A DNA stretch of 64,000 nt, taken from Pseudomonadota bacterium. GTDB taxonomy: Bacteria > Pseudomonadota > Gammaproteobacteria > Acidiferrobacterales > Sulfurifustaceae. Within the stretch, counting starts at the first letter, position 1. Every line of letters begins with the position of its first letter. A program made the translations under genes and the position numbers. The notes under the pieces are model-generated. The model did not search any database. It was given only the letters and a program-made list of their open reading frames with translations, and had not been told where the DNA came from. Of this stretch, positions 33,342 to 44,669 are shown one piece after another. The DNA lies in contig JBFMBB010000002.1 of assembly GCA_040755435.1 (NCBI GenBank), forward strand, positions 8,415 to 72,414, given 5' to 3'.

Positions 33342-36243
33342 CGCACCGGTCATACTGGTCCCCTACGGAGACGATCCGCTACGCCATCTCGCCACGCTGC
33401 TGCTGGAACGGCATGAAGACCGTCTCCCCGACTTAAGCCGTCAGACTGTCCTGCTGCCGCACGCGAGTGCGGTGCCGCGCTTCCGCCGGCTGCTGCGAGC
33501 GCAGGCGGAACAAAAAGGTTTTCCTGCCCTGCTCCCGCCCATCACCGGCACGCTGACTTCCTGGGCCGCGCGATTCGCCGGCGACGATCAACACCACCTG
33601 AGCTCCACCGCGCGCCAGATCCTGCTGCTCGATCTGCTGCATGATTATCCGCGCTGGCTGCGCCAGTACGGCGACTGGCCGCTGGTCGACAGCCTGCTGG
33701 CGCTGTTCGACGAGCTGGCGCTGCACGCAGGCCGGCTTTCCGGCGACGCCGATTCGATCCGGCATGTCCTCGCAGGCCACGGCGCGAACACGGACGAGAT
33801 TTCGCCCTTCAGCGACGAGGCGCAGCTGGTGCAGGAACTGTGGGACGCGTGGCGCGAACGTCTCACGAAAAATAATCTCCAGGATCCCGTGCGGCGTCAC
33901 ACGGACGGCCTGGCGCGCAGTCTCGAACGGCTGCCGGCCGGCACGAATATCTATCTCGCCGGTTTCGCGGATTTTCCGGATGCGGAGATCGCCTGGATCA
34001 GGGCGCTGATGGCGCGCGGCGGTCTGACCCTGTTGCTGCATGGTTCAGCCGATAACGTCGTGGAAAATCCGGTGACGCGTCTGTTGAGCGCCTTGACGAT
34101 CAAACCGCATTTCATCGCATCCGCCGATGCCTATGCGGATTTTCTCGATCGTGTCTTTGCCACGGACGCGGGTCATTTGCATGAGCGCGCGCAACAACAG
34201 GCAAAAGCGGCGCCGGCCAGCCCCGCGCGCGGGCGCCTGACGCTGCACCAGGCCGCCGACGCCGAATCCGAGGCGCGCGCCATCGATCTGCAGGTGCGGC
34301 GCTGGCTTACCCAGGACCGGCACGACATCGGCATCGTCACTAACGACCGCAAGCTGGCGCGGCGCGTGCGCGCCCTGCTGGAACGCGCGAACGTCGGCCT
34401 GGTGGATGCCGGCGGCTGGGCGCTCTCGACCACCAGCGCGGCCACGTCACTGGCGCGCTGGCTCGAGTGCGTGGAGCAGAATTTCTCCCACGCGCCCCTG
34501 CTCGATCTGCTGAAGTCGCCGTTCCTGCAACCCGGTATCGGCCGCACCCAACTCGACCGCCTGGTACCGGTGTTCGAGCGCGACGTCGTACGGGCCGGAA
34601 ACATTACTTCCGGGCTGGAGCATTATCACCACGGGCTCGAACGCGCGGTTGCGGATTCGGGCGACGGGACAGGCGAAACCTGGCCGGCGCTGACACAACT
34701 GCTGGAACGGCTGGCGGACGCCGCCGCGCCGCTGCTGCCCCTGCTGTCGGCGCGCCCCCGGCCAGCGCTGGAATTTCTTGCCGCCCTGCAAACCAGCCTG
34801 GAAAAACTGGGTTTGGCGGCCGGATTCGAAAACGACGATGCCGGCCGGGAATTGCTGCAGGTGCTGGACGAAATGCGTGCCGCCTCCGCGCACAACCCCC
34901 TGCGCCTGGCGTGGGCGGGCTTTCACCAGTGGCTGCGGCGCGGCATGGAACAGCGGCGCTTCCACCCGCCCATGCAGGGCAGCGGCGTGGAGCTGATGAG
35001 CTTCTCGGAATCGCGGCTGTACCGCTTCGACGCGCTCATCATCGCCGGCGCCGTGCGCGAGCATCTGCCGGGACAGATCTGCGCGCCGCCGTATTTCAAC
35101 GACGGCGCGCGCAGCGAGCTGGGATTGCCCTCGCTGGCGCGGCGCTATGCCGTGCTGTTCCAGGATTTCCGCCGCCTGCTCGAGGCCGCGCCGCGGGTCA
35201 TGGTCAGCCTGCGCCGTGAACAGGATGGCGAACGACTGGCGCCGAGCCCATGGGTGGAACGGATACGCGCGTTTCATGCCCTCGCCTACGATGAGTCCCT
35301 GGGCGATCCCGAACTGGAATGGCTGGTGCAACAGCCCGCTGCCGTTATCGCGCAACGCTCTGCACCGCTGCCGGCACCGGTTACGCCACCGGCCGCGCAT
35401 CTGCCGCCCGCCATGCTGCCGGCGATGTTCACGGCCACGGACTGCCAGCGTCTCCTGGACTGTCCCTATCAGTTCTTCGCCGCGCGCGGCCTTGGCCTGG
35501 CGCCGGAAGACGAGGTGCGCGAGGAAATCGAAAAAGTGGACTACGGCATCCATGTGCATCGCATTCTGCAGGCGTTTCACACCGGCGTGCCAGGCCTGCC
35601 CGGCCCGTGGCGGGAACAACTCGATCACGCCACGCGCGCGGAAGCGGAGGCGCTGTTGCGCGAGATTTCGGAACGGGTGTTCGCGCGCGATCTGCGCCGG
35701 CGCTTCCTGGCACGCGGCTGGCGATACCGCTGGGAACAATGCATCCCGGCCTACCTGGATTGGGAAATGCAGCGCGCCGCCGACTGGAAGGTCGAGGCAA
35801 CCGAACTCAAGCGGGAGCGCGTCTACCGTAAAGGCGCGACGCAAATAGCCCTGACGGGACGCATCGACCGTCTCGATCACGGACGCGACGGTTATGCCAT
35901 CATCGATTACAAGACCGGCACGGTGCCGGCGCGCGATCCAGTCGAGCGTGGCGAAAAAATCCAGCTCCCGTTTTACGCCCTGCTGCTGGAACAGGGTAAT
36001 GTCGCGAGCGCGGCGTTTCTGGCGCTGGACGACGAAGAGGCAAAGGAGAAAACGGCGCTCGAGGGCGAAGCGCTGGACATGCTGCGCGACGCGATCCGCG
36101 CACGACTGCTGCAGATCAAGCGCGGTCTCGACACCGGCGCGCCGCTGCCGGCCTGGGGCGACATGGAAACCTGCCGCCTGTGCGACATGGAAGGACTGTG
36201 CCGCCGGGAGATGTGGGCTGAACCGGATACAAAAACGTCATGA
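33331..36243 (+). CDS. addB: AddB-like PD-(D/E)XK nuclease subunit with Fe-S staple
   Basis: CPYQF ... GRIDRLD ... IIDYKTG ... [10 protein letters not shown]. Confidence 0.85.
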   Translation: MSADAPVILVPYGDDPLRHLATLLLERHEDRLPDLSRQTVLLPHASAVPRFRRLLRAQAEQKGFPALLPPITGTLTSWAARFAGDDQHHLSSTARQILLLDLLHDYPRWLRQYGDWPLVDSLLALFDELALHAGRLSGDADSIRHVLAGHGANTDEISPFSDEAQLVQELWDAWRERLTKNNLQDPVRRHTDGLARSLERLPAGTNIYLAGFADFPDAEIAWIRALMARGGLTLLLHGSADNVVENPVTRLLSALTIKPHFIASADAYADFLDRVFATDAGHLHERAQQQAKAAPASPARGRLTLHQAADAESEARAIDLQVRRWLTQDRHDIGIVTNDRKLARRVRALLERANVGLVDAGGWALSTTSAATSLARWLECVEQNFSHAPLLDLLKSPFLQPGIGRTQLDRLVPVFERDVVRAGNITSGLEHYHHGLERAVADSGDGTGETWPALTQLLERLADAAAPLLPLLSARPRPALEFLAALQTSLEKLGLAAGFENDDAGRELLQVLDEMRAASAHNPLRLAWAGFHQWLRRGMEQRRFHPPMQGSGVELMSFSESRLYRFDALIIAGAVREHLPGQICAPPYFNDGARSELGLPSLARRYAVLFQDFRRLLEAAPRVMVSLRREQDGERLAPSPWVERIRAFHALAYDESLGDPELEWLVQQPAAVIAQRSAPLPAPVTPPAAHLPPAMLPAMFTATDCQRLLDCPYQFFAARGLGLAPEDEVREEIEKVDYGIHVHRILQAFHTGVPGLPGPWREQLDHATRAEAEALLREISERVFARDLRRRFLARGWRYRWEQCIPAYLDWEMQRAADWKVEATELKRERVYRKGATQIALTGRIDRLDHGRDGYAIIDYKTGTVPARDPVERGEKIQLPFYALLLEQGNVASAAFLALDDEEAKEKTALEGEALDMLRDAIRARLLQIKRGLDTGAPLPAWGDMETCRLCDMEGLCRREMWAEPDTKTS

Positions 36244-36250
36244 ATCGACC

Positions 36251-36396
36251 AAAAAAAAGAGGCGGCCGTTCATGGCCGCCTCCGGTATTTCCACTGATCA
36301 CTTGCTTCCGGAATGCATCCTTGCATCCCTTGAAACTTCCCTGCTTACGTCCGATGTCGTCAGCTTCGATATGTCCCTATCGGGCTTCCTTTCCTC
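36251..36396 (-). ncRNA. Candidate CsrB/RsmZ-like CsrA-sequestering sRNA
   Basis: Ten GGA motifs in about 125 nt, several in hairpin loops; TTGCAT-16-TATAGT promoter (36429-36402); 9-bp terminator stem plus U8. Confidence 0.72.
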
Positions 36397-36491
36397 TTCA
36401 AACTATAGGTGTCACCACTGAAGATGCAAGCCGCTCATCCCGGCCCGGGGCCTGAAAAAATGTCATTTCCATACATGGACTTAGACTTTCA

Positions 36492-39400
36492 TTGCCGGAC
36501 ATTCCAAGGGCGGATAAAGCCGTGCTGGACATAGCGCGCGCCACCGCCCCGGAGAATAACGTCGTGGTCCAGGCCGCCGCCGGGACCGGCAAGACCTGGC
36601 TGCTGACCAGTCGCATCGTCCGCCTGCTGCTCCAGGGGACGGAGCCCGGCGCCATCCTGGCCATCACCTTCACCCGCAAGGCCGCCGGCGAGATTCACGA
36701 ACGTGTCACCGAGCGCCTGCTGGCATTGGCCGCCGCCGACGAAGATGGACTGACGGCGCAGCTCACCGCGATCGGCGCCGCTACCGACACCGCCACCCGC
36801 GCGGCGGCGCGCGGACTCTACGAGAAACATCTGGGCGCCATCCATCCGCTGCGCACGACAACGTTCCATGCCTTCTGCCAGGAAATCCTGCGACGCTTCC
36901 CGCTCGAGGCCGAGGTGCCGCCGGGATTCGAGCTGGTCGAATCCACCGCCGAACTGGAACAGGTTGCCTGGCTCGCGCTCGACCGGAAGGCCGCGCGCAA
37001 CAGCGACGGCGCGCTGGCGACGGCGCTGGACACGCTGTTGCGCGAGTGCGGCGGTGTTCATGGCACGCGCACGACGCTGGACGATTTTCTGTCGCATCGC
37101 AGCGACTGGTGGGCCTACACCGAGGACGAAGCGGACCCGGTGGAATTCGCCGTCGCACTGCTCGCGCAGATGCTGGGTGTGGCGGACGACACCGATGCAC
37201 TTGCCGCGTTTTTGCGCGATCCGGAAATCCGCCAACATATCGTGCGTTACGCCGAACTGCTGTGCGGCCATGCCACGGCGACGAACCAGAAATATGCCGC
37301 GGAACTGGCACGGGCGCTGGCGGACAAGGAAGCTTCGTCGCGAAGCTTTGAATGGATTCGCGGTGTGCTGCTGACCGATGCGGATGAACCGCGGAAACTG
37401 AAACGCTCCGACACTCTGGAGAAGAAACTCGGAACCGGACGCGTTGATGAGCTCATCAAGCTGCACCAGGAAATCGCCTCGCGCGTGCTGGCGGCGATGG
37501 CCGCACACAAGCGTCAATGGACATATCGCGTCTCGCGCGCCTGGTACGTCTGTGGCACGACGCTGCTCGCGGAATTCCAGCGGCTCAAGCTGGAGCGCGG
37601 CGTGCTCGATTTCGCCGACCTGGAATGGAAAACCTGTCGTCTGCTGAACCGCAGCCGTCACGCCGAGTGGGTGCAATACAAGCTGGACCAGCGCATCGAC
37701 CATCTGCTGGTGGACGAATTCCAGGACACCAACCCGACCCAGTGGCGGCTGTTGCTGCCGCTGTTGCAGGAGATCGTGGCCGGCGATCCGGAACGCCGGC
37801 GCAGCGTGTTTCTCGTCGGTGACGAGAAACAGTCGGTGTACCGATTCCGCCGCGCCGACCCGCGCCTGTTTCATGCCGCGCGCCACTGGCTGGAACAGCA
37901 CGCGCAGGCACAGACGTTGACTCAGCACCTGTCGCGGCGCTCCTCGCCCGCCGTGATCCGCTTCGTCAACCTGATATTTCACCGCCCGAGCGACACGACA
38001 GCGGAAGCCGAAGATGATGACTATCCGCTGCAGGACTTCCAGCTGCACGACACGCATCATCATCAGCTCTGGGGCCGGGCCGAGCTGTTGCCGCTGGTAC
38101 GCCGCGCCGACAGGAACGCGGGAAAAACCGCCGTGGCCATGCGAAATCCGCTGGAACAGCCGCGCCTGACGGCCGAGGACCAGCGGCACCGCCAGGAAGG
38201 CGAGCTGATCGCCGGCAAAATCCGGGAAATCATGGGCCAACCGATCGCCGACGGAGAACGGGTACGGCCCCTGACCGGCGACGACATCATGATCCTGCTG
38301 CGTGACCGCACCCACGCGCGCTCCTACGAGGAGGCCCTGCGGCGCGCCGGCATACCTTATATAGGAACCGGCCGCGGGGCCTTCATGCAGTCGCTGGAAG
38401 TGCGCGACCTCATGCATCTGTTGCGCCAGCTGGTCGAGCCCTATAACAACCTGGCGCTGGCTTCGGCGCTGCGTTCGCCGCTGTTCGCCGCCGGTGAAAC
38501 TGACCTGCTGCGCCTGGCGCAGAGTCCGCCAGGTTCATGGCGCGAACGCCTCGAACGATTGGCGGATCCTGCGCCGGAAGGCGCGCTGGCACGCGCGCGG
38601 GAGCTGCTGCCGCGCTGGAGCAGTCTTGTCGGCCGCCTGCCGGTGCACGACCTGCTCGATCGCATCTACGGCGAGGGCAACGTGGTGGCGCGCTACCTGG
38701 CCGCAGCGGTGCCGCATCTGCGGCCGCGCGTGGAGGCCAATCTCAACCGCTTCCTCGAACTGGCGCTGGAGGTCGACAGCGGACGCTATCCTAGCCTGTC
38801 GCATTTTCTCGCTTACCTGGAAAGACAGGCGAAGCACGACGACAAGTCGCCGGCGGAGCCGGCCTGGAACCGCGCGCCGCGCGTGCGCGTCATGACCATC
38901 CACGCCGCCAAGGGCCTGGAGGCGCCGGTGGTGTTCCTCGCCGACGCCGCGCGCGCCACCGACAACCGCGACCGCGGCCTGCGTCCGCTGGTTGACTGGC
39001 CGGCGCAGGCTCCACGGCCGCGGTATTTCCATCTCGGCGGTGCCGGCAGAAAAATCGACGACGTCAGCCTGGCGCTGCGCACCGAACAACAGTGGCCGGC
39101 GCGGCGCGAAGAGGCCAATCTTTTATACGTCGCGCTCACGCGCGCGCGCCAGATGCTCTACGTCTCGGGTTGCGAACCCGGAAAAGACGGTCGCGGCTGG
39201 TACGGCTTCATCGAGAAACGTCTGCGCCACGCCGGCGTTTCCGGCGAGGCGGCGCGCGCCGGCCTCGAACTCGACAGCATTTCCCTGGACGACGACGCTA
39301 GCGTGTTCAATACCCGCGCCTGGCTGGAATTCGGCGCGCCGCCGCCGTTACCGCCGCTGCAACCGCCGGCACCCGCCGCCGCCTTCAGCCTCGATGCGCG

Positions 39401-39995
39401 CCTGACGCAACCGCTGCCCGCGATGCCGCAAACCGGAATGGTCAACCCAAGCCGCTCATCGCACGTGGAAGACGATTATCCTGGCGAGACCGCCGGTTTT
39501 ACACCGGCACGCACGGAGAGACAGCGCCGGGGCGAGGTGATTCATCGCATGCTGGAACGGCTGGCTGGCGGCGAGGGACGTGCGGCGGTCGAAAAAATGA
39601 TATGGCAGGAATTCGGCGAGTGGCTGGAGGAAAAACATTTCAGCCAGTGGTGGCGCGAGGCCTGTGCCGTGGTGGATCACGAGGATTTCCGCGGGTTTTT
39701 CGACCCCGCCCGCTACCAGGAGGCGCGCAACGAAATGCCGATTCTCTATCAGGAAGGCGGGCGTGACGTCTACGGCGTCATCGACCGGCTCGTGATTCGC
39801 GAGCAGGAAATCGTTCTCATCGACTACAAGACCCATGCGCGCGCCAGCCGGGAAAACGTCGCGCAGCTGGCGGAGGATTTCCGGGAACAGATGCGCCAGT
39901 ACGGCGAAGGCGCGCGGCGGCTGTGGCCGGGTAAAAAATTGAGGCTGGTATTGCTGTTCACCGCCTGCGGCGGCGCGGTGGAACTGACACCGTGA
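36492..39995 (+). CDS. addA: AddA-like UvrD helicase/nuclease subunit
   Basis: AAAGTGKT, DEFQDT, GDEKQSVYRFR, MTIHAAKGLE, LYVALTRAR and C-terminal GVIDRL...IDYKT. The exact start is uncertain. Confidence 0.88.
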   Translation: MPDIPRADKAVLDIARATAPENNVVVQAAAGTGKTWLLTSRIVRLLLQGTEPGAILAITFTRKAAGEIHERVTERLLALAAADEDGLTAQLTAIGAATDTATRAAARGLYEKHLGAIHPLRTTTFHAFCQEILRRFPLEAEVPPGFELVESTAELEQVAWLALDRKAARNSDGALATALDTLLRECGGVHGTRTTLDDFLSHRSDWWAYTEDEADPVEFAVALLAQMLGVADDTDALAAFLRDPEIRQHIVRYAELLCGHATATNQKYAAELARALADKEASSRSFEWIRGVLLTDADEPRKLKRSDTLEKKLGTGRVDELIKLHQEIASRVLAAMAAHKRQWTYRVSRAWYVCGTTLLAEFQRLKLERGVLDFADLEWKTCRLLNRSRHAEWVQYKLDQRIDHLLVDEFQDTNPTQWRLLLPLLQEIVAGDPERRRSVFLVGDEKQSVYRFRRADPRLFHAARHWLEQHAQAQTLTQHLSRRSSPAVIRFVNLIFHRPSDTTAEAEDDDYPLQDFQLHDTHHHQLWGRAELLPLVRRADRNAGKTAVAMRNPLEQPRLTAEDQRHRQEGELIAGKIREIMGQPIADGERVRPLTGDDIMILLRDRTHARSYEEALRRAGIPYIGTGRGAFMQSLEVRDLMHLLRQLVEPYNNLALASALRSPLFAAGETDLLRLAQSPPGSWRERLERLADPAPEGALARARELLPRWSSLVGRLPVHDLLDRIYGEGNVVARYLAAAVPHLRPRVEANLNRFLELALEVDSGRYPSLSHFLAYLERQAKHDDKSPAEPAWNRAPRVRVMTIHAAKGLEAPVVFLADAARATDNRDRGLRPLVDWPAQAPRPRYFHLGGAGRKIDDVSLALRTEQQWPARREEANLLYVALTRARQMLYVSGCEPGKDGRGWYGFIEKRLRHAGVSGEAARAGLELDSISLDDDASVFNTRAWLEFGAPPPLPPLQPPAPAAAFSLDARLTQPLPAMPQTGMVNPSRSSHVEDDYPGETAGFTPARTERQRRGEVIHRMLERLAGGEGRAAVEKMIWQEFGEWLEEKHFSQWWREACAVVDHEDFRGFFDPARYQEARNEMPILYQEGGRDVYGVIDRLVIREQEIVLIDYKTHARASRENVAQLAEDFREQMRQYGEGARRLWPGKKLRLVLLFTACGGAVELTP

Positions 39996-40102
39996 TTTAT
40001 GATTTCTGATTCCTGGTTTCTAGTTTCTGATTTCCAGAATTCAGGAGTTGGCGATTTGGACACCCTGAAAATCAGAAATCAGGAATTAGAAATCGGAAAT
40101 TA
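39993..40102. repeat. Palindromic heptamer array (GATTTCT)n ... (AGAAATC)n, copy 2
   Basis: Six left units at 39994-40035 and five inverted units at 40067-40101. Confidence 0.85.
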
Positions 40103-41185
40103 CCCTTGTTGGGCCTGAATCACGCGGTTGCGCCCCGCTTCCTTGGCCTGGTAAAGCGCGGCGTCCACCTGCTTGAACAGCCACACGGCCGGATCGGGCC
40201 CGTAGGAATCCACGCCTGGCTGGAGACAGGCCATGCCGATGCTGACAGTGACATCGAGATCGATTCCTTCGGGAATCACGAAAGCGCTGTGCTCGACGCG
40301 CGAGCGCAGGCGCTCGGCGATGGCCGCGCCCTGGACGGGCGTGGTGCCCGGCAACAACAGCACGAACTCCTCGCCGCCATAACGCGCCAGCACGTCGCTG
40401 CCGCGCAGGTCCTGGCCGAGCAGGCTGGCGATCTGGCGCAGCACGCGGTCGCCGACCTGGTGGCCGTACTGGTCGTTTACCTGCTTGAAAAAATCCACGT
40501 CCACCAGCATGCACACCAGCGGCCCGGCCTGGCGCGCCCAGCGCTCCACCTCCTCCGCCAGGCGGCGCTCGAAGAAGCGCCGGTTGGAAATCCCGGTCAG
40601 GGGATCGGTAAGGCCATCGAGTTTCAGTCGTTCGTGATTGATGGAGTTGTCGATGCACATGGCCGCCACCGCCGCCAGGTGTTCGAGCAGATCCGTGGCG
40701 ATGCCCGGAATGAAATGACGCGGATCGCGGCTGCCCTGGTTGAGGCTGCCGATGAGTTCGCCGCGTCGGACCAGCGGCGCGATCGCCACCGAACCCGAGG
40801 CGCAGGGATGGCCGGAGAACAACAGCGCATGCAGGCGCTCATCGACCGGCCCGAGGCGTGGACGCCAAGGCCTGGTAAAGAGCCCGTCCAGCGTGTCGCG
40901 AGGAATGGCGACGAAACTGTGCGCCCCGGAATCCGGCTCGCTACCGGCTTCGATCAGCCGCGTCATCTCGTATTCGGGATCGGCGCAGGCGACCGTAACG
41001 CAGTCGATGCCGGGAAAGGTTTCAGGGATGCCGCGGGTGATGACGTCGATCAGGTCGGGAAGCGAGGGAGAGCCGATCATGCGCACTTCGATCTGGCGAA
41101 AGCCGGACCAGATGCGCTCGTTATCGCGCAGTTGCTTGCTGAGCCTGAGCCATTCCCGTTCCTGCGTCGTGATTCCCTGGTCCAT
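40100..41185 (-). CDS. Diguanylate cyclase with a DUF484/GAF-like N-domain
   Basis: DPLTGISNRR, DVDFFKQVND, RGSD (I-site) and RYGGEEF. Confidence 0.9.
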   Translation of the reverse strand: MDQGITTQEREWLRLSKQLRDNERIWSGFRQIEVRMIGSPSLPDLIDVITRGIPETFPGIDCVTVACADPEYEMTRLIEAGSEPDSGAHSFVAIPRDTLDGLFTRPWRPRLGPVDERLHALLFSGHPCASGSVAIAPLVRRGELIGSLNQGSRDPRHFIPGIATDLLEHLAAVAAMCIDNSINHERLKLDGLTDPLTGISNRRFFERRLAEEVERWARQAGPLVCMLVDVDFFKQVNDQYGHQVGDRVLRQIASLLGQDLRGSDVLARYGGEEFVLLLPGTTPVQGAAIAERLRSRVEHSAFVIPEGIDLDVTVSIGMACLQPGVDSYGPDPAVWLFKQVDAALYQAKEAGRNRVIQAQQG

Positions 41186-41224
41186 GCCTCCGTCTCGCGG
41201 TCGCTGTGCCGGCAGGGCCGGCGA

Positions 41225-41941
41225 TCAGCTCTTCAGGTCAAGTATAGCGAGCAACCGCGGCGCCGGGATGTAGCCCGGCAACACTTTACCATCATCGAGG
41301 AAGATCGCGGGAGTTCCGCCGATGTCCAGGCGCTGGCCCAGCTGGAAATGGCTTTCCACCGGATTGGCGCAGGTTTTCATGTCCACCTTGCCGCCGGCCT
41401 TGGCGACACCGATGGCCTTGGCGCGATCGCCGGAGCACCATACCGCCACGGCGCGCTTGTAACTTTCCGAACCGATGCCGGTGCGCGGATAGAACAGGTA
41501 GCGCACCTTGACGCCCGCCTTGTTGAGCGTCGGCACGTCGAGATGAAACTTGGCGCAGTAACCGCAATCCACGTCGGTGAACACCGTGACCGTGCGCTTG
41601 GGCTTGTCGGGACCGATCACGAGCATGTTGTTCTCGCCCACCTCGTCCAGCAGCCGCTTGCGGATCGCGGCGCGGCGGGTCTCGGTGATGTTGCTCTTGG
41701 CGCGCAGGTCCATGACGTCGCCCATGAAGAGATACTTGCCGTCGCTGGTGGTGTAGAAAATCTTGGAGTCGAATTCGACCTCGTACATCCCGGAAACGGG
41801 AGAGGGTTTGACGGACGCCGCCTTGAGCTCGGGGAAGGCGCGGACGAGTTCCGCTTTTATCTGTTGCTCTTCCTGCTCGCCGGCGTAGGCGGAAAGGGGC
41901 ATGACGAGGCAGACAAGGCTTAATACGAAGAATCGCAACAT
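41225..41941 (-). CDS. dsbC: Thiol:disulfide isomerase DsbC
   Basis: Signal peptide, dimerisation domain, FTDVDCGYC and GTP; start at ATG 41941. Confidence 0.92.
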   Translation of the reverse strand: MLRFFVLSLVCLVMPLSAYAGEQEEQQIKAELVRAFPELKAASVKPSPVSGMYEVEFDSKIFYTTSDGKYLFMGDVMDLRAKSNITETRRAAIRKRLLDEVGENNMLVIGPDKPKRTVTVFTDVDCGYCAKFHLDVPTLNKAGVKVRYLFYPRTGIGSESYKRAVAVWCSGDRAKAIGVAKAGGKVDMKTCANPVESHFQLGQRLDIGGTPAIFLDDGKVLPGYIPAPRLLAILDLKS

Positions 41942-42053
41942 GGGATTGTTTCTCGCTGACAGGAAGTTTCGGGTCTGGATCGCGCCGGCCATCATACTGG
42001 CCGGTCGCGGTCCGCGCCAGCATTAGACGGCGCCGGACGGATTCGGTTCGGGG

Positions 42054-44447
<2,394 letters not shown>

Positions 44448-44547
44448 GCCGAGAGCACAAAATACCCCATGGCCGATGGATTTCCAATGAAGTCCCTGAT
44501 GTCAGGCCGATCCGCCCTGGTCACCGGAGGGATTGAAAATAAGCTCT

Positions 44548-44628
44548 TGTAAACAGGAAGTTACAAAAATTAAAACGAGTCCAGATTGCGCGGCGACCCC
44601 CTCCCTGATCATAGGCATGATCTATGCT
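44548..44628 (+). promoter_or_regulatory. Putative sigma54 promoter (44613-44628) with an upstream 18-bp dyad (44548-44565)
   Basis: AGGCATGATCTATGCT (GG-N10-GC) and TGTAAA-CAGGAA-GTTACA. Confidence 0.5.
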
Positions 44629-44669
44629 TGCCTAAAGAACACATTTACCGGGCTGCACCTCTAATCTGA

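Noticed and set aside
36461-36487. GacA/UvrY box upstream of the sRNA
   Set aside because: Spacing and sequence do not fit TGTAAG-N6-CTTACA. The stretch may instead be the addA promoter (ATGTCA-16-TAGACT).
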